From NCBI GenBank assembly GCA_000002445.1, contig CP000070.1:1568001-1632000 (forward strand): a stretch of 64,000 nt of DNA. The letters are read 5' to 3'. The notes beneath the pieces are model-generated. The model was not told the DNA's origin. It ran no database searches and saw only the letters and a program-made list of their open reading frames with translations. The position numbers were made by a program, and so were the translations under genes. Positions 33,571 to 44,049 of this stretch are shown piece after piece (position 1 is the stretch's first letter; every line of letters starts with the position of its first letter). Source of the DNA: Trypanosoma brucei. Its lineage: Eukaryota.

Positions 33571-34530
33571 TTTTGCATATGGGTTTACCCAGCGTGAGAT
33601 GTCCAGCAGCAGGCAGGCACATACACACGCAGCAAATAGTGGTTTCACTGCTGTTTATCTTCTGTTGGGTTTAAAAAACTCGCAATCTGAGCACCTTTCT
33701 GTTCGAGGGCTGACGATATTACTCCCCCGCTTCGGAGCTAAGGTTTCTTTGGCAGGTTGTCTTTCGCCCGCCCTCCTAAATTGTGTTGTCTTTTTGGGAA
33801 AACGGCAATAACTTTCAGATACCTTTGTTACTTATTTGTGTGTGACCCTCCCTGCCTCGTTGTGTGCGCAGGTGGGATGCCACCACTCGTCACTTCCGAC
33901 TTAACTCCTCTGCATAATACAGAAAAAGCTATTGATCTTTCCTTACATTTTCTCGTGTTGGAAGGTTTGTTGCGCGGTTGGTCAAGCATACATATATACG
34001 GATGGACGATGGTAAGGGAACAAATACCCGGTGACCTTTCATTATACTCAGTATATAAAGAATGTTTTCTTATGGCCAACTAGCTATCAGCTGATGGGAA
34101 CCATTCCAGTTTGTATAGTTGTGCGAACAATAAATAGATGCTACAGTAGTAGTCTTCAACATAACTATGGCATATTTAGTAACACATCATAGCTACGTAA
34201 GGCAGTGTGAAACTTTAAATACTTGGAGGCCTATTGGAGGTTGTAACAAGAAACAACATCGCCTATGATATGTGTACCTCCACAAATGACGGTAAATACC
34301 TACTTAAAAGGCTGTTCTGTGGAATCATCGGACCAAACATCGAGATGGAGTTATTCACTAAACACAGAAAAAAGCGATCATCTTACCTTTATACACATGA
34401 CACTGGTAGCTACTCCCATTATTACTTCTTTTCATTTGCAACCTACGTTATTATCCCCTCACATCCTCAAAGCTTTCAAATACATAAGATAAACACATTT
34501 ATAAGAGCAACCACCATCACCACAGCACAC
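33571..34530 (+). repeat. ~1-kb interspersed 'type-B' intergenic element, copy 1 of 4
   Basis: Near-identical ~960-bp block (tttttgcatatgggtttacccagcgtgagatgtccagcagcaggcaggcac … cacagcacactggg) found upstream of array copies 4, 5, 7 and, truncated, after copy 8. Its short internal ORFs (e.g. 108 aa MSFARPPKLCC…) repeat only because the DNA repeats. Confidence 0.8.
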
Positions 34531-34582
34531 TGGGTGAAACATCAGGAGGAATACAACTGAGCGTACTGTACAAAACATTGCC

Positions 34583-36379
34583 ATGAGCGCACCCGTCGAC
34601 AACGTCGTGGTGGAGCGGCTCTCTACAGCCAACCAAAAACCGGTCAGTGAGCCCCGCCGTTTCCTCATGCTCGTCATTGGAGTCTCATGTTCCATGTGCA
34701 CATCCTTCATGTATGCCTTCAATCTTATATCTGGAGCAATGCAGGAACGTTACGACCTCACACAGCGAGATCTCTCCACCATCACTACTGTTGGCATCTG
34801 TGTCGGATATTTCATGCTGCCTTATGGTTTCATCTATGACTATCTGGGGCCGAGACCTGTATTTGTAATATCAATGACAGTTTTCTGCCTGGGTACGTTG
34901 CTTCTCGCACTGACATTCCAAGAAGTGATTGAAGGATCTGTTGTGAGACTCAGTGTCTACAACGCCCTCATGATGCTCGGCTGCACACTCTTTGATTTGG
35001 GAGCCCTTGTGACAGTACTCAGCGTGTTTCCATCCAACCGTGGCATTGTTGTGGCTACTATGAAGACTACCACCGGACTTGGTTCCGCAATCCTCGGTAG
35101 CATTCGCCTTGCATTCTTCAGCGGCAACACCTCTGCTTATTTCTACTTCCTCATGTCGTGGGCCCTGGCCGCTGGCATCTTGGCTCTTACGTTCGTCCGG
35201 CTACCGCCATTCCATTTGACGGGCTATCAGGAAAAGCACCTTGATGAAGAAGAGAAGGCACAGCTTCGCATGACCAAGACCGTGTACCTGAAGCAGAAGG
35301 CACCCATGTGGCGTTTCGTTCATGGTTTCGCCATTCTCGTAACCCTCATTGTGTTCCTCCCCCTGCAGGGATCTCTTGTAGCGTATCTCAAACTCGGAAG
35401 CAACTTCAAGGTGGGGTTTGCACTCGTTGTTATCGCGTTGATCGTAATATTCCCTTTTATGGCATTCCCACTTACTACCTTCGACGGCAAGCGCCCACAT
35501 GACGATTCTGACAGCAAAGCCAAAGAACACGTTGGAGCAGGTGATGAAATTTCCGCGGCGGAAGATAAGGTAGTTGAGACTGATGTCGACTATATTGCTC
35601 CACAGTTCCAGGAAACATTTATCGCAGGATTGAAAACCGCACGGTTATGGTGCCTACTGTGGTCAGCTTTCTGTTGTCTTGGAGCCAATTATGTCATAAT
35701 TTACAATGCCCGTTTTTTTTACACGGCACTGGCGGGTGAGGCCCCTGAAGACGCGCTAAACACCCTCCTTACTGTTCTAAATGGTGCCGGTAGTGCCGTA
35801 GGACGACTTTGTATGGGCTACTTCGAAATCTGGTCGCAGAAGCGGCCTGCTGCTGACCGTATTCCGATCACCGCCGCTCTTTACGTTCCTTCGGTTTGTA
35901 TCATCACCATGTTGACACTCTTCCTCACTCTCCCGAAGGCTGCATTACCTTTACCATACTTCATCGTGGCGTTCTCAAATGGTTTCACAGCGGCTACGAT
36001 GGCACTCGTAACACGCACAATATTCGCCAAGGATCCTGCAAAGCATTACAACTTCTGCTTTATAGGTTCTATCATGTCAGCCATCTTCCTTAATCGTCTA
36101 CTGTACGGTGAGTGGTACACGCAACAAGCCGATAAGTTGGGTCAGGATGTTTGCACCGAGCGTGTTTGTGTGGTGATGCCGCTTGCATTTATGTTAGGTC
36201 TCGCCTTTCTTGGTTTTCTTACCACAACGTACTTGCATCTGCAGTACCGCCGCCTTTGCAAGCTTGCGCTTGAGGAACGTCAGCGCATCCGGGAGGAGGA
36301 GCGTGTGCTAAATGAGTTGCCTTCTAACCCTACAGAGCCGACGGGGAATGCCGGTGAACCTGTGCATCAACTCAAGTGA
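34583..36379 (+). CDS. PAD4: PAD-family MFS transporter, array copy 4
   Basis: 598 aa. Loop DSKAKEHVGAGDEISAAED. C-tail …RVLNELPSNPTEPTGNAGEPVHQLK. Preceded by the ~1-kb 'type-B' intergenic element. Confidence 0.65.
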   Translation: MSAPVDNVVVERLSTANQKPVSEPRRFLMLVIGVSCSMCTSFMYAFNLISGAMQERYDLTQRDLSTITTVGICVGYFMLPYGFIYDYLGPRPVFVISMTVFCLGTLLLALTFQEVIEGSVVRLSVYNALMMLGCTLFDLGALVTVLSVFPSNRGIVVATMKTTTGLGSAILGSIRLAFFSGNTSAYFYFLMSWALAAGILALTFVRLPPFHLTGYQEKHLDEEEKAQLRMTKTVYLKQKAPMWRFVHGFAILVTLIVFLPLQGSLVAYLKLGSNFKVGFALVVIALIVIFPFMAFPLTTFDGKRPHDDSDSKAKEHVGAGDEISAAEDKVVETDVDYIAPQFQETFIAGLKTARLWCLLWSAFCCLGANYVIIYNARFFYTALAGEAPEDALNTLLTVLNGAGSAVGRLCMGYFEIWSQKRPAADRIPITAALYVPSVCIITMLTLFLTLPKAALPLPYFIVAFSNGFTAATMALVTRTIFAKDPAKHYNFCFIGSIMSAIFLNRLLYGEWYTQQADKLGQDVCTERVCVVMPLAFMLGLAFLGFLTTTYLHLQYRRLCKLALEERQRIREEERVLNELPSNPTEPTGNAGEPVHQLK

Positions 36380-36813
36380 GTATGGAAGTTACTCGATTTT
36401 AAGCTGTGAGGTAATTTAAAAAAAACGTGTTTATTTGTTATTTTTTTTTTTGCGTGTACAAAACGCCTTTAGTGTCTTGTGGTAATATCTTGTATGTCTT
36501 AATTATGCTAATATACTAAAAACCGTATTTCTTGTTCTTACCCACTGCGGGAAGTGGACACTTGGATTAACAGTATCATAAGACAGAACTCTCTTTTTGA
36601 TCCATGGTAAACTTCCCGCTACATTCTCTCATTTTCTCCGGGTGTGTTTGTAGGGATTTTTTTACAATTCTATCCTCTATTTTTTTTTTTTAATGCGATA
36701 CTGACTTTACCTTTTGTTAACAAAAATTGGTTTGTTTATTCCCTGCTTTTTTTTCGTTTCTAATGTTGTCGTAATATTTTATTTACAATTATTTCTTAAT
36801 CTAATATATTTAT

Positions 36814-37773
36814 TTTTGCATATGGGTTTACCCAGCGTGAGATGTCCAGCAGCAGGCAGGCACGTACACACGCAGCAAATAGTGGTTTCACTGCTGTTTA
36901 TCTTCTGTTGGGTTTAAAAAACTCGCAATCTGAGCACCTTTCTGTTCGAGGGCTGACGATATTACTCCCCTGCTTCGGAGCTAAGGTTTCTTTGGCAGGT
37001 TGTCTTTCGCCCGCCCTCCTAAATTGTGTTGTCTTTTTGGGAAAACGGCAATAACTTTCAGATACCTTTATTACTTATTTGTTTGTCACCCTCCCTGCCT
37101 CGTTGTGTGCGCAGGTGGGATGCCACCACTCGTCACTTCCGACTTAACTCCTCTGCATAATACAGAAAAAGCTATTGATCTTTCCTTACATTTTCTCGTG
37201 TTGGAAGGTTTGTTGCGCGGTTGGTCAAGCATACATATATACGGATGGACGATGGTAAGGGAACAAATACCCGGTGACCTTTCATTATACTCAGTATATA
37301 AAGAATGTTTTCTTATGGCCAACTAGCTATCAGCTGATGGGAACCATTCCAGTTTGTATAGTTGTGCGAACAATAAATAGATGCTACAGTAGTAGTCTTC
37401 AACATAGCTATGGCATATTTAGTAACACATCATAGCTACGCAAGGCAGTGTGAAACTTTAAATACTTGGAGGCCTATTGGAGGTTGTAACAAGAAACAAC
37501 ATCGCCTATGATATGTGTACCTCCACAAATGACGGTAAATACCTACTTAAAAGGCTGTTCTGTGGAATCATCGGACCAAACATCGAGATGGAGTTATTCA
37601 CTAAACACAGAAAAAAGCGATCATCTTACCTTTATACACATGACACTGGTAGCTACTCCCATTATTACTTCTTTTCATTTGCAACCTACGTTATTATCCC
37701 CTCACATCCTCAAAGCTTTCAAATACATAAGATAAACACATTTATAAGAGCAACCACCATCACCACAGCACAC
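36814..37773 (+). repeat. type-B intergenic element, copy 2
   Basis: Same block, offset +3243. Confidence 0.8.
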
Positions 37774-37825
37774 TGGGTGAAACATCAGGAGGAATACAAC
37801 TGAGCGTACTGTACAAAACATTGCC

Positions 37826-39583
37826 ATGAGCGCACCCGTCGACAACGTCGTGGTGGAGCGGCTCTCTACAGCCAACCAAAAACCCATCAACGAGCCCCGC
37901 CGCTTTGCGCTGTTGGTTCTTGGCGCCTTTTGTTCCATGTGTACGTCCTTTCTCTATGCCTTCAATCTCGTATCTGGAGCAATGCAAGCGCGCTACAACC
38001 TCACACAGCGAGATCTCTCCACCATCACTACTGTTGGTATCGCAGTTGGATATTTCTTGCTGCCCTACAGCTTCATCTATGACTATCTGGGGCCGAGACC
38101 CATATTTATGCTCTCAGTAACGGTGTTCTGCCTGGGTACGTTGCTTCTCGCACTGACATTCCAAGAAGTGATTGAAGGATCTGTTGTGAGACTCAGTGTC
38201 TACAATGGTCTCATGACATTGGGATGTATGTTGTTTGACTTAGGCGGTGTGGTGACAGTACTCAGCGTGTTTCCATCCAACCGTGGTGCCATTGTGGCTA
38301 TCATGAAGAGCTTTGCAGGACTTGGTTCCGCAATCCTAGGCAGTATTCAGTTGGCCTTCTTCAGTGACAGGCCAGATATATATTTCTTTTCTATCATGTC
38401 GTTTGCCCTAACGGTTGGTATCCTCGGCATTGTATTCATGCGTCTGCCACCATTCCATTTGACGGGCTATCAGGAAAAGCACCTTGATGAAGAAGAGAAG
38501 GCACAGAGGCTTGCGCGCAAGGGTGTGTACCTGAAGCAGAAGGCACCCATGTGGCGTTTCATCTATGGTTTCGTCCTTCTCATCATCCTCATTTTCTTCC
38601 TCCCCCTGCAGGGAGCGCTCGTAGCGTATCTCAAACTCGGAAGCAACTTCAAGGTGGGGTTTGCTGTGACAGTTATTGTGTTGACCGCAATATTCCCTTT
38701 TATGGCATTCCCACTTACTACCTTCGACGGAAAACGCCCACATGACGATTCTGATGGTGAGGTGGATGATAAAGAGGAAATGAGTGAAGAGCCCTTCCCT
38801 GTGGAAGATAAGGTAGTTGAGACTGATGTCGACTATATTGCTCCACAGTTCCAGGAAACATTTTTCGAGAGCCTGAAAACAGCACGGTTATGGTGCCTAC
38901 TGTGGTCAATTTTCTGTTGCGTTGGTGCCGAGTTTGTCATCATTTTTAATGCCCGATTTGTATACACGGCACTTGCGGGTGAGGTCCCCGACGACGCGCT
39001 AAACACCCTCCTTACTGTTCTAAATGGTGTGGGTAGTGCTGTAGGACGACTTTGTATGAGTTACTTCGAAATCTGGTCGCAGAAGCGCCGTGCTGAAGAT
39101 CGCGTCCCCATCACCATTGCGCTGTTTATCCCTTCGGTTTGTATCATCACCATGTTGACACTCTTCCTCACTCTCCCGAAGGCTGCATTACCTTTACCAT
39201 ACTTCATCGCAGCAACAGCCAACGGCTTTATGGCCACAACCATCGCCCTCGTCGCCCGCACAATATTCGCCAAGGATCCTGCAAAGCATTATGATTTCTG
39301 CTTTCTTGGTTCAATGCTTTCAGCCATCTTCCTTAATCGTCTACTGTACGGTGAGTGGTACACGCAACAAGCCGATAAGTTGGGTCAGGATGTTTGCACC
39401 GAGCGTGTTTGTGTGGTGATGCCGCTTGCATTCTTACTTGGTTTATCTTTCTTGGCATTCATCACCAGCACCTACGTGCATCTGCAGTACCGAAATCTTT
39501 GTTTGAAGGCCCTTGAAGAACGTCGGCGCATCAGAGAAGGCGAAGAGGCATTAAATGATGAGTCACTGTCCCACACAGAATAG
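37826..39583 (+). CDS. PAD5: PAD-family MFS transporter, array copy 5
   Basis: 585 aa. Shares the copy-3 loop. C-tail …GEEALNDESLSHTE. Confidence 0.65.
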   Translation: MSAPVDNVVVERLSTANQKPINEPRRFALLVLGAFCSMCTSFLYAFNLVSGAMQARYNLTQRDLSTITTVGIAVGYFLLPYSFIYDYLGPRPIFMLSVTVFCLGTLLLALTFQEVIEGSVVRLSVYNGLMTLGCMLFDLGGVVTVLSVFPSNRGAIVAIMKSFAGLGSAILGSIQLAFFSDRPDIYFFSIMSFALTVGILGIVFMRLPPFHLTGYQEKHLDEEEKAQRLARKGVYLKQKAPMWRFIYGFVLLIILIFFLPLQGALVAYLKLGSNFKVGFAVTVIVLTAIFPFMAFPLTTFDGKRPHDDSDGEVDDKEEMSEEPFPVEDKVVETDVDYIAPQFQETFFESLKTARLWCLLWSIFCCVGAEFVIIFNARFVYTALAGEVPDDALNTLLTVLNGVGSAVGRLCMSYFEIWSQKRRAEDRVPITIALFIPSVCIITMLTLFLTLPKAALPLPYFIAATANGFMATTIALVARTIFAKDPAKHYDFCFLGSMLSAIFLNRLLYGEWYTQQADKLGQDVCTERVCVVMPLAFLLGLSFLAFITSTYVHLQYRNLCLKALEERRRIREGEEALNDESLSHTE

Positions 39584-40115
39584 GCTGCCGATGTCAGTTT
39601 GGCCTTTGGTAAGTAAATTATGTGCTTTGCTTTGATTTATAACATTCATAAGGTTTGTAAAAGTGCTGGTCAGCTAAATTTTCTTTACACCAATTTTACA
39701 TTGTGAGCCCTTCCCTTAATATTTTTCCTTCACAATTCCATCCCATCATTTTCGTTGTTTTGTGTTAACATCTGCCTGTGACTCATCAGGTAAATACTGA
39801 TCTTTTCCCCTTTTGGTTAACTTTTATTATTATTATTTTTTAATGTGTTCGTCCATATTTGTGGTCTTATGATAATGCGTACGACAATATAAGCCGCTGA
39901 TATGAGTGAGGGAACGTTATGCAGCGTACTCGGTAGACTCCAAGTACTGTAATTTACTTCCCTTTCAAGTGGTTCGTACGAATAATTTGTGTCACGGCAT
40001 CTTATTCATTTTTGTTTTCAGATATTAATAATTCCACGAGTATCTTTCTGCCGCTCTGTAATGCTCTTTTGTTTTCTCTTAATAAGCTGTTGGTTGTCAT
40101 TTTCGTTTACGTACC

Positions 40116-40118
<3 letters not shown>

Positions 40119-40146
<28 letters not shown>
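40119..40146. repeat. (AT)n microsatellite in type-A 3' flank
   Basis: Direct read. The same position in the duplicated flank (46346-46358) has a shorter tract, i.e. length polymorphism between paralogous flanks. Confidence 0.85.
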
Positions 40147-40150
<4 letters not shown>

Positions 40151-40812
40151 ACTCATGTGTACCTATTTTACACTATAATGAAAAATGCAACGGTGTGACA
40201 TATATCACACATAGCCAACAAAACATTTTCGGCACATATAACCTCTTTAAAGAGAATAAAACATTTAAAAATAAGTACACGAAGACTATATGCGGGGACC
40301 CTACGGCGCACCAGCGTAACTACAGTATTGACAATATATTATCAACTGCCACTCTTCACCCGCGGAAACACCATGTAATCCTTTTCTTCTTGCGGTGGGA
40401 GAGAGGAGAGTGCAGAACAACACAGGCACCCCAACACCGTTGATCCGTAGTGCTACCTATCTCGTCTTCATATCTTTACTGCTTGTTATAATTTTGTCTT
40501 TTTTACCTTTTTTTTTCGGCTGCGCTGTCACGGTTTTATAAATGTCCATTGCAAAATAGTTGCTCTCAAGACACACATCAATAGCATTATATCCGCCCAA
40601 TACCTCTTCTTTCATTCTCCCAAAACTTAATGCTTTCATTTCTCCCTTTTTGACTTATTGAACCTTTGAACAATACCACAGACTAACAGCAATAAACAAG
40701 CACACAGTCACGTAAAGGAACCTAACATTTTAGGGAAACAAAAATTATCTGGCAGCACACTGGGTGAAACATCGGGAGGAATACAACTGAGCGTACTGTA
40801 CAAAACATTGCC

Positions 40813-42609
40813 ATGAGCGCACCCGTCGACAACGTCGTGGTGGAGCGGCTCTCTACAGCCAACCAAAAACCGGTCAGTGAGCCCCGCCGTTTCCTCATGC
40901 TCGTCATTGGAGTCTCATGTTCCATGTGTACGTCCTTCATGTATGCCTTCAATCTTATATCTGGAGCAATGCAGGAACGTTACGACCTCACACAGCGAGA
41001 TCTCTCCACCATCACTACTGTTGGCATCTGTGTCGGATATTTCATGCTGCCTTATGGTTTCATCTATGACTATCTGGGGCCGAGACCTGTATTTGTAATA
41101 TCAATGACAGTTTTCTGCCTGGGTACGTTGCTTCTCGCACTGACATTCCAAGAAGTGATTGAAGGATCTGTTGTGAGACTCAGTGTCTACAACGCCCTCA
41201 TGATGCTCGGCTGCACACTCTTTGATTTGGGAGCCCTTGTGACAGTACTCAGCGTGTTTCCATCCAACCGTGGCATTGTTGTGGCTACTATGAAGACTAC
41301 CACCGGACTTGGTTCCGCAATCCTCGGTAGCATTCGCCTTGCATTCTTCAGCGGCAACACCTCTGCTTATTTCTACTTCCTCATGTCGTGGGCCCTGGCC
41401 GCTGGCATCTTGGCTCTTACGTTCGTCCGGCTACCACCATTCCATTTGACGGGCTATCAGGAAAAGCACCTTGATGAAGAAGAGAAGGCACAGCTTCGCA
41501 TGACCAAGACCGTGTACCTGAAGCAGAAGGCACCCATGTGGCGTTTCGTTCATGGTTTCGCCATTCTCGTAACCCTCATTGTGTTCCTCCCCCTGCAGGG
41601 ATCACTTGTAGCGTATCTCAAACTCGGAAGCAACTTCAGGGTGGGGTTTGCACTCGTTGTTATCGCGTTGATCGTAATATTCCCTTTTATGGCATTCCCA
41701 CTTACTACCTTCGACGGCAAACGCCCACATGACGATTCTGACAGCAAAGCCAAAGAACACGTTGGAGCAGGTGATGAAGTTTCCGCGGCGGAAGATAAGG
41801 TAGTTGAGACTGATGTCGACTATATTGCTCCACAGTTCCAGGAAACATTTATCGCAGGATTGAAAACCGCACGGTTATGGTGCCTACTGTGGTCAGCTTT
41901 CTGTTGTCTTGGAGCCAATTATGTCATAATTTACAATGCCCGTTTTTTTTACACGGCACTGGCGGGTGAGGCCCCTGAAGACGCGCTAAACACCCTCCTT
42001 ACTGTTCTAAATGGTGCAGGTAGTGCTGTAGGACGACTTTGTATGGGCTACTTCGAAATCTGGTCGCAGAAGCGGCCTGCTGCTGACCGTATTCCGATCA
42101 CCGCCGCTCTTTACGTTCCTTCGGTTTGTATCATCACCATGTTGACACTCTTCCTCACTCTCCCGAAGGCTGCATTACCTTTACCATACTTCATCGTGGC
42201 GTTCTCAAATGGTTTCACAGCGGCTACGATGGCACTCGTAACACGCACAATATTCGCCAAGGATCCTGCAAAGCATTACAACTTCTGCTTTATAGGTTCT
42301 ATCATGTCAGCCATCTTCCTTAATCGTCTACTGTACGGTGAGTGGTACACGCAACAAGCCGATAAGTTGGGTCAGGATGTTTGCAAGAAGCGTGTTTGTG
42401 TGGTGATGCCGCTTGCATTTATGTTAGGTCTCGCCTTTCTTGGTTTTCTTACCACAACGTACTTGCATCTGCAGTACCGCCGCCTTTGCAAGCTTGCGCT
42501 TGAGGAACGTCAGCGCATCCGGGAGGAGGAGCGTGTGCTAAATGAGCTGCCTTCTAACCCTACAGAGCCGACGGGGAATGCCGGTGAACCTGCGCATCAA
42601 CTCAAGTGA
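40813..42609 (+). CDS. PAD6: PAD-family MFS transporter, array copy 6 (near-identical to copy 4)
   Basis: 598 aa. Differs from copy 4 at only a handful of residues (K→R in SNFRVGF, I→V in DEVSAAE, TE→KK in VCKKRVC, V→A in PAHQLK). Confidence 0.65.
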   Translation: MSAPVDNVVVERLSTANQKPVSEPRRFLMLVIGVSCSMCTSFMYAFNLISGAMQERYDLTQRDLSTITTVGICVGYFMLPYGFIYDYLGPRPVFVISMTVFCLGTLLLALTFQEVIEGSVVRLSVYNALMMLGCTLFDLGALVTVLSVFPSNRGIVVATMKTTTGLGSAILGSIRLAFFSGNTSAYFYFLMSWALAAGILALTFVRLPPFHLTGYQEKHLDEEEKAQLRMTKTVYLKQKAPMWRFVHGFAILVTLIVFLPLQGSLVAYLKLGSNFRVGFALVVIALIVIFPFMAFPLTTFDGKRPHDDSDSKAKEHVGAGDEVSAAEDKVVETDVDYIAPQFQETFIAGLKTARLWCLLWSAFCCLGANYVIIYNARFFYTALAGEAPEDALNTLLTVLNGAGSAVGRLCMGYFEIWSQKRPAADRIPITAALYVPSVCIITMLTLFLTLPKAALPLPYFIVAFSNGFTAATMALVTRTIFAKDPAKHYNFCFIGSIMSAIFLNRLLYGEWYTQQADKLGQDVCKKRVCVVMPLAFMLGLAFLGFLTTTYLHLQYRRLCKLALEERQRIREEERVLNELPSNPTEPTGNAGEPAHQLK

Positions 42610-43036
42610 GTATGGAAGTTACTCGATTTTAAGCTGTGAGGTAATTTTAAAAAAACGTGTTTATTTGTTATTTTTTTTTGCGTGTACAAAACGCCTTTAG
42701 TGTCTTGTGGTAATATCTTGTATCTCTTAATTATGCTAATATACTAAAAACCGTATTTCTTGTTCTTACCCACTGCGGGAAGTGGACACTTGGATTAACA
42801 GTATCATAAGACAGAACTCTCTTTTTGATCCATGGTAAACTTCCCGCTACATTCTCTCATTTTCTCCGGGTGTGTTTGTAGGGTTTTTTTATAATTCTAT
42901 CCTCTATTTTTTTTTTATTCGATACTGACTTTACCTTTTGTTAACAAAAATTGGTTTGTTTATTCCCTGCTTTTTTTTCGTTTCTAATGTTGTCGTAATA
43001 TTTTATTTACAATTATTTCTTAATCTAATATATTTA

Positions 43037-43996
43037 TTTTTGCATATGGGTTTACCCAGCGTGAGATGTCCAGCAGCAGGCAGGCACATACACACGCAGC
43101 AAATAGTGGTTTCACTGCTGTTTATCTTCTGTTGGGTTTAAAAAACTCGCAATCTGAGCACCTTTCTGTTCGAGGGCTGACGATATTACTCCCCCGCTTC
43201 GGAGCTAAGGTTTCTTTGGCAGGGTGTCTTTCGCCCGCCCTCCTAAATTGTGTTGTCTTTTTGGGAAAACGGCAATAACTTTCAGATACCTTTATTACTT
43301 ATTTGTTTGTGACCCTCCCCGCCTCGTTGTGTGCGCAGGTGGGATGCCACCACTCGTCACTTCCGACTTAACTCCTCTGCATAATACAGAAAAAGCTATT
43401 GATCTTTCCTTACATTTTCTCGTGTTGGAAGGTTTGTTGCGCGGTTGGTCAAGCATACATATATACGGATGGACGATGGTAAGGGAACAAATACCCGGTG
43501 ACCTTTCATTATACTCAGTATATAAAGAATGTTTTCTTATGGCCAACTAGCTATCAGCTGATGGGAACCATTCCAGTTTGTATAGTTGTGCGAACAATAA
43601 ATAGATGCTACAGTAGTAGTCTTCAACATAACTATGGCATATTTAGTAACACATCATAGCTACGTAAGGCAGTGTGAAACTTTAAATACTTGGAGGCCAA
43701 TTGGAGGTTGTAACAAGGAACAACATCGCCTATGATATGTGTACCTCCACAAATGACGGTAAATACCTACTTAAAAGGCTGTTCTGTGGAATCATCGGAC
43801 CAAACATCGAGATGGAGTTATTCACTAAACACAGAAAAAAGCGATCATCTTACCTTTATACACATGACACTGGTAGCTACTCCCATTATTACTTCTTTTC
43901 ATTTGCAACCTACGTTATTATCCCCTCACATCCTCAAAGCTTTCAAATACATAAGGTAAACACATTTATAAGAGCAACCACCATCACCACAGCACA
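43037..43996 (+). repeat. type-B intergenic element, copy 3
   Basis: Same block, offset +9466. Confidence 0.8.
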
Positions 43997-44049
43997 CTGG
44001 GCGAAACATCAGGAGGAATACAACTGAGCGTACTGTACAAAACATTGTC

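Noticed and set aside
35201-35530. Conserved ~110-aa antisense ORF (MWAFSVEGSKWECHKREY…) recurring inside every transporter copy (also at 22841, 25598, 31860, 38408, 44632, and others), plus the MANIVR… and MKAYMKDV… antisense ORFs
   Set aside because: They are recurrent only because the sense gene is repeated. They are fully embedded antisense to a strongly supported CDS in an organism with unidirectional polycistronic transcription. No motifs.
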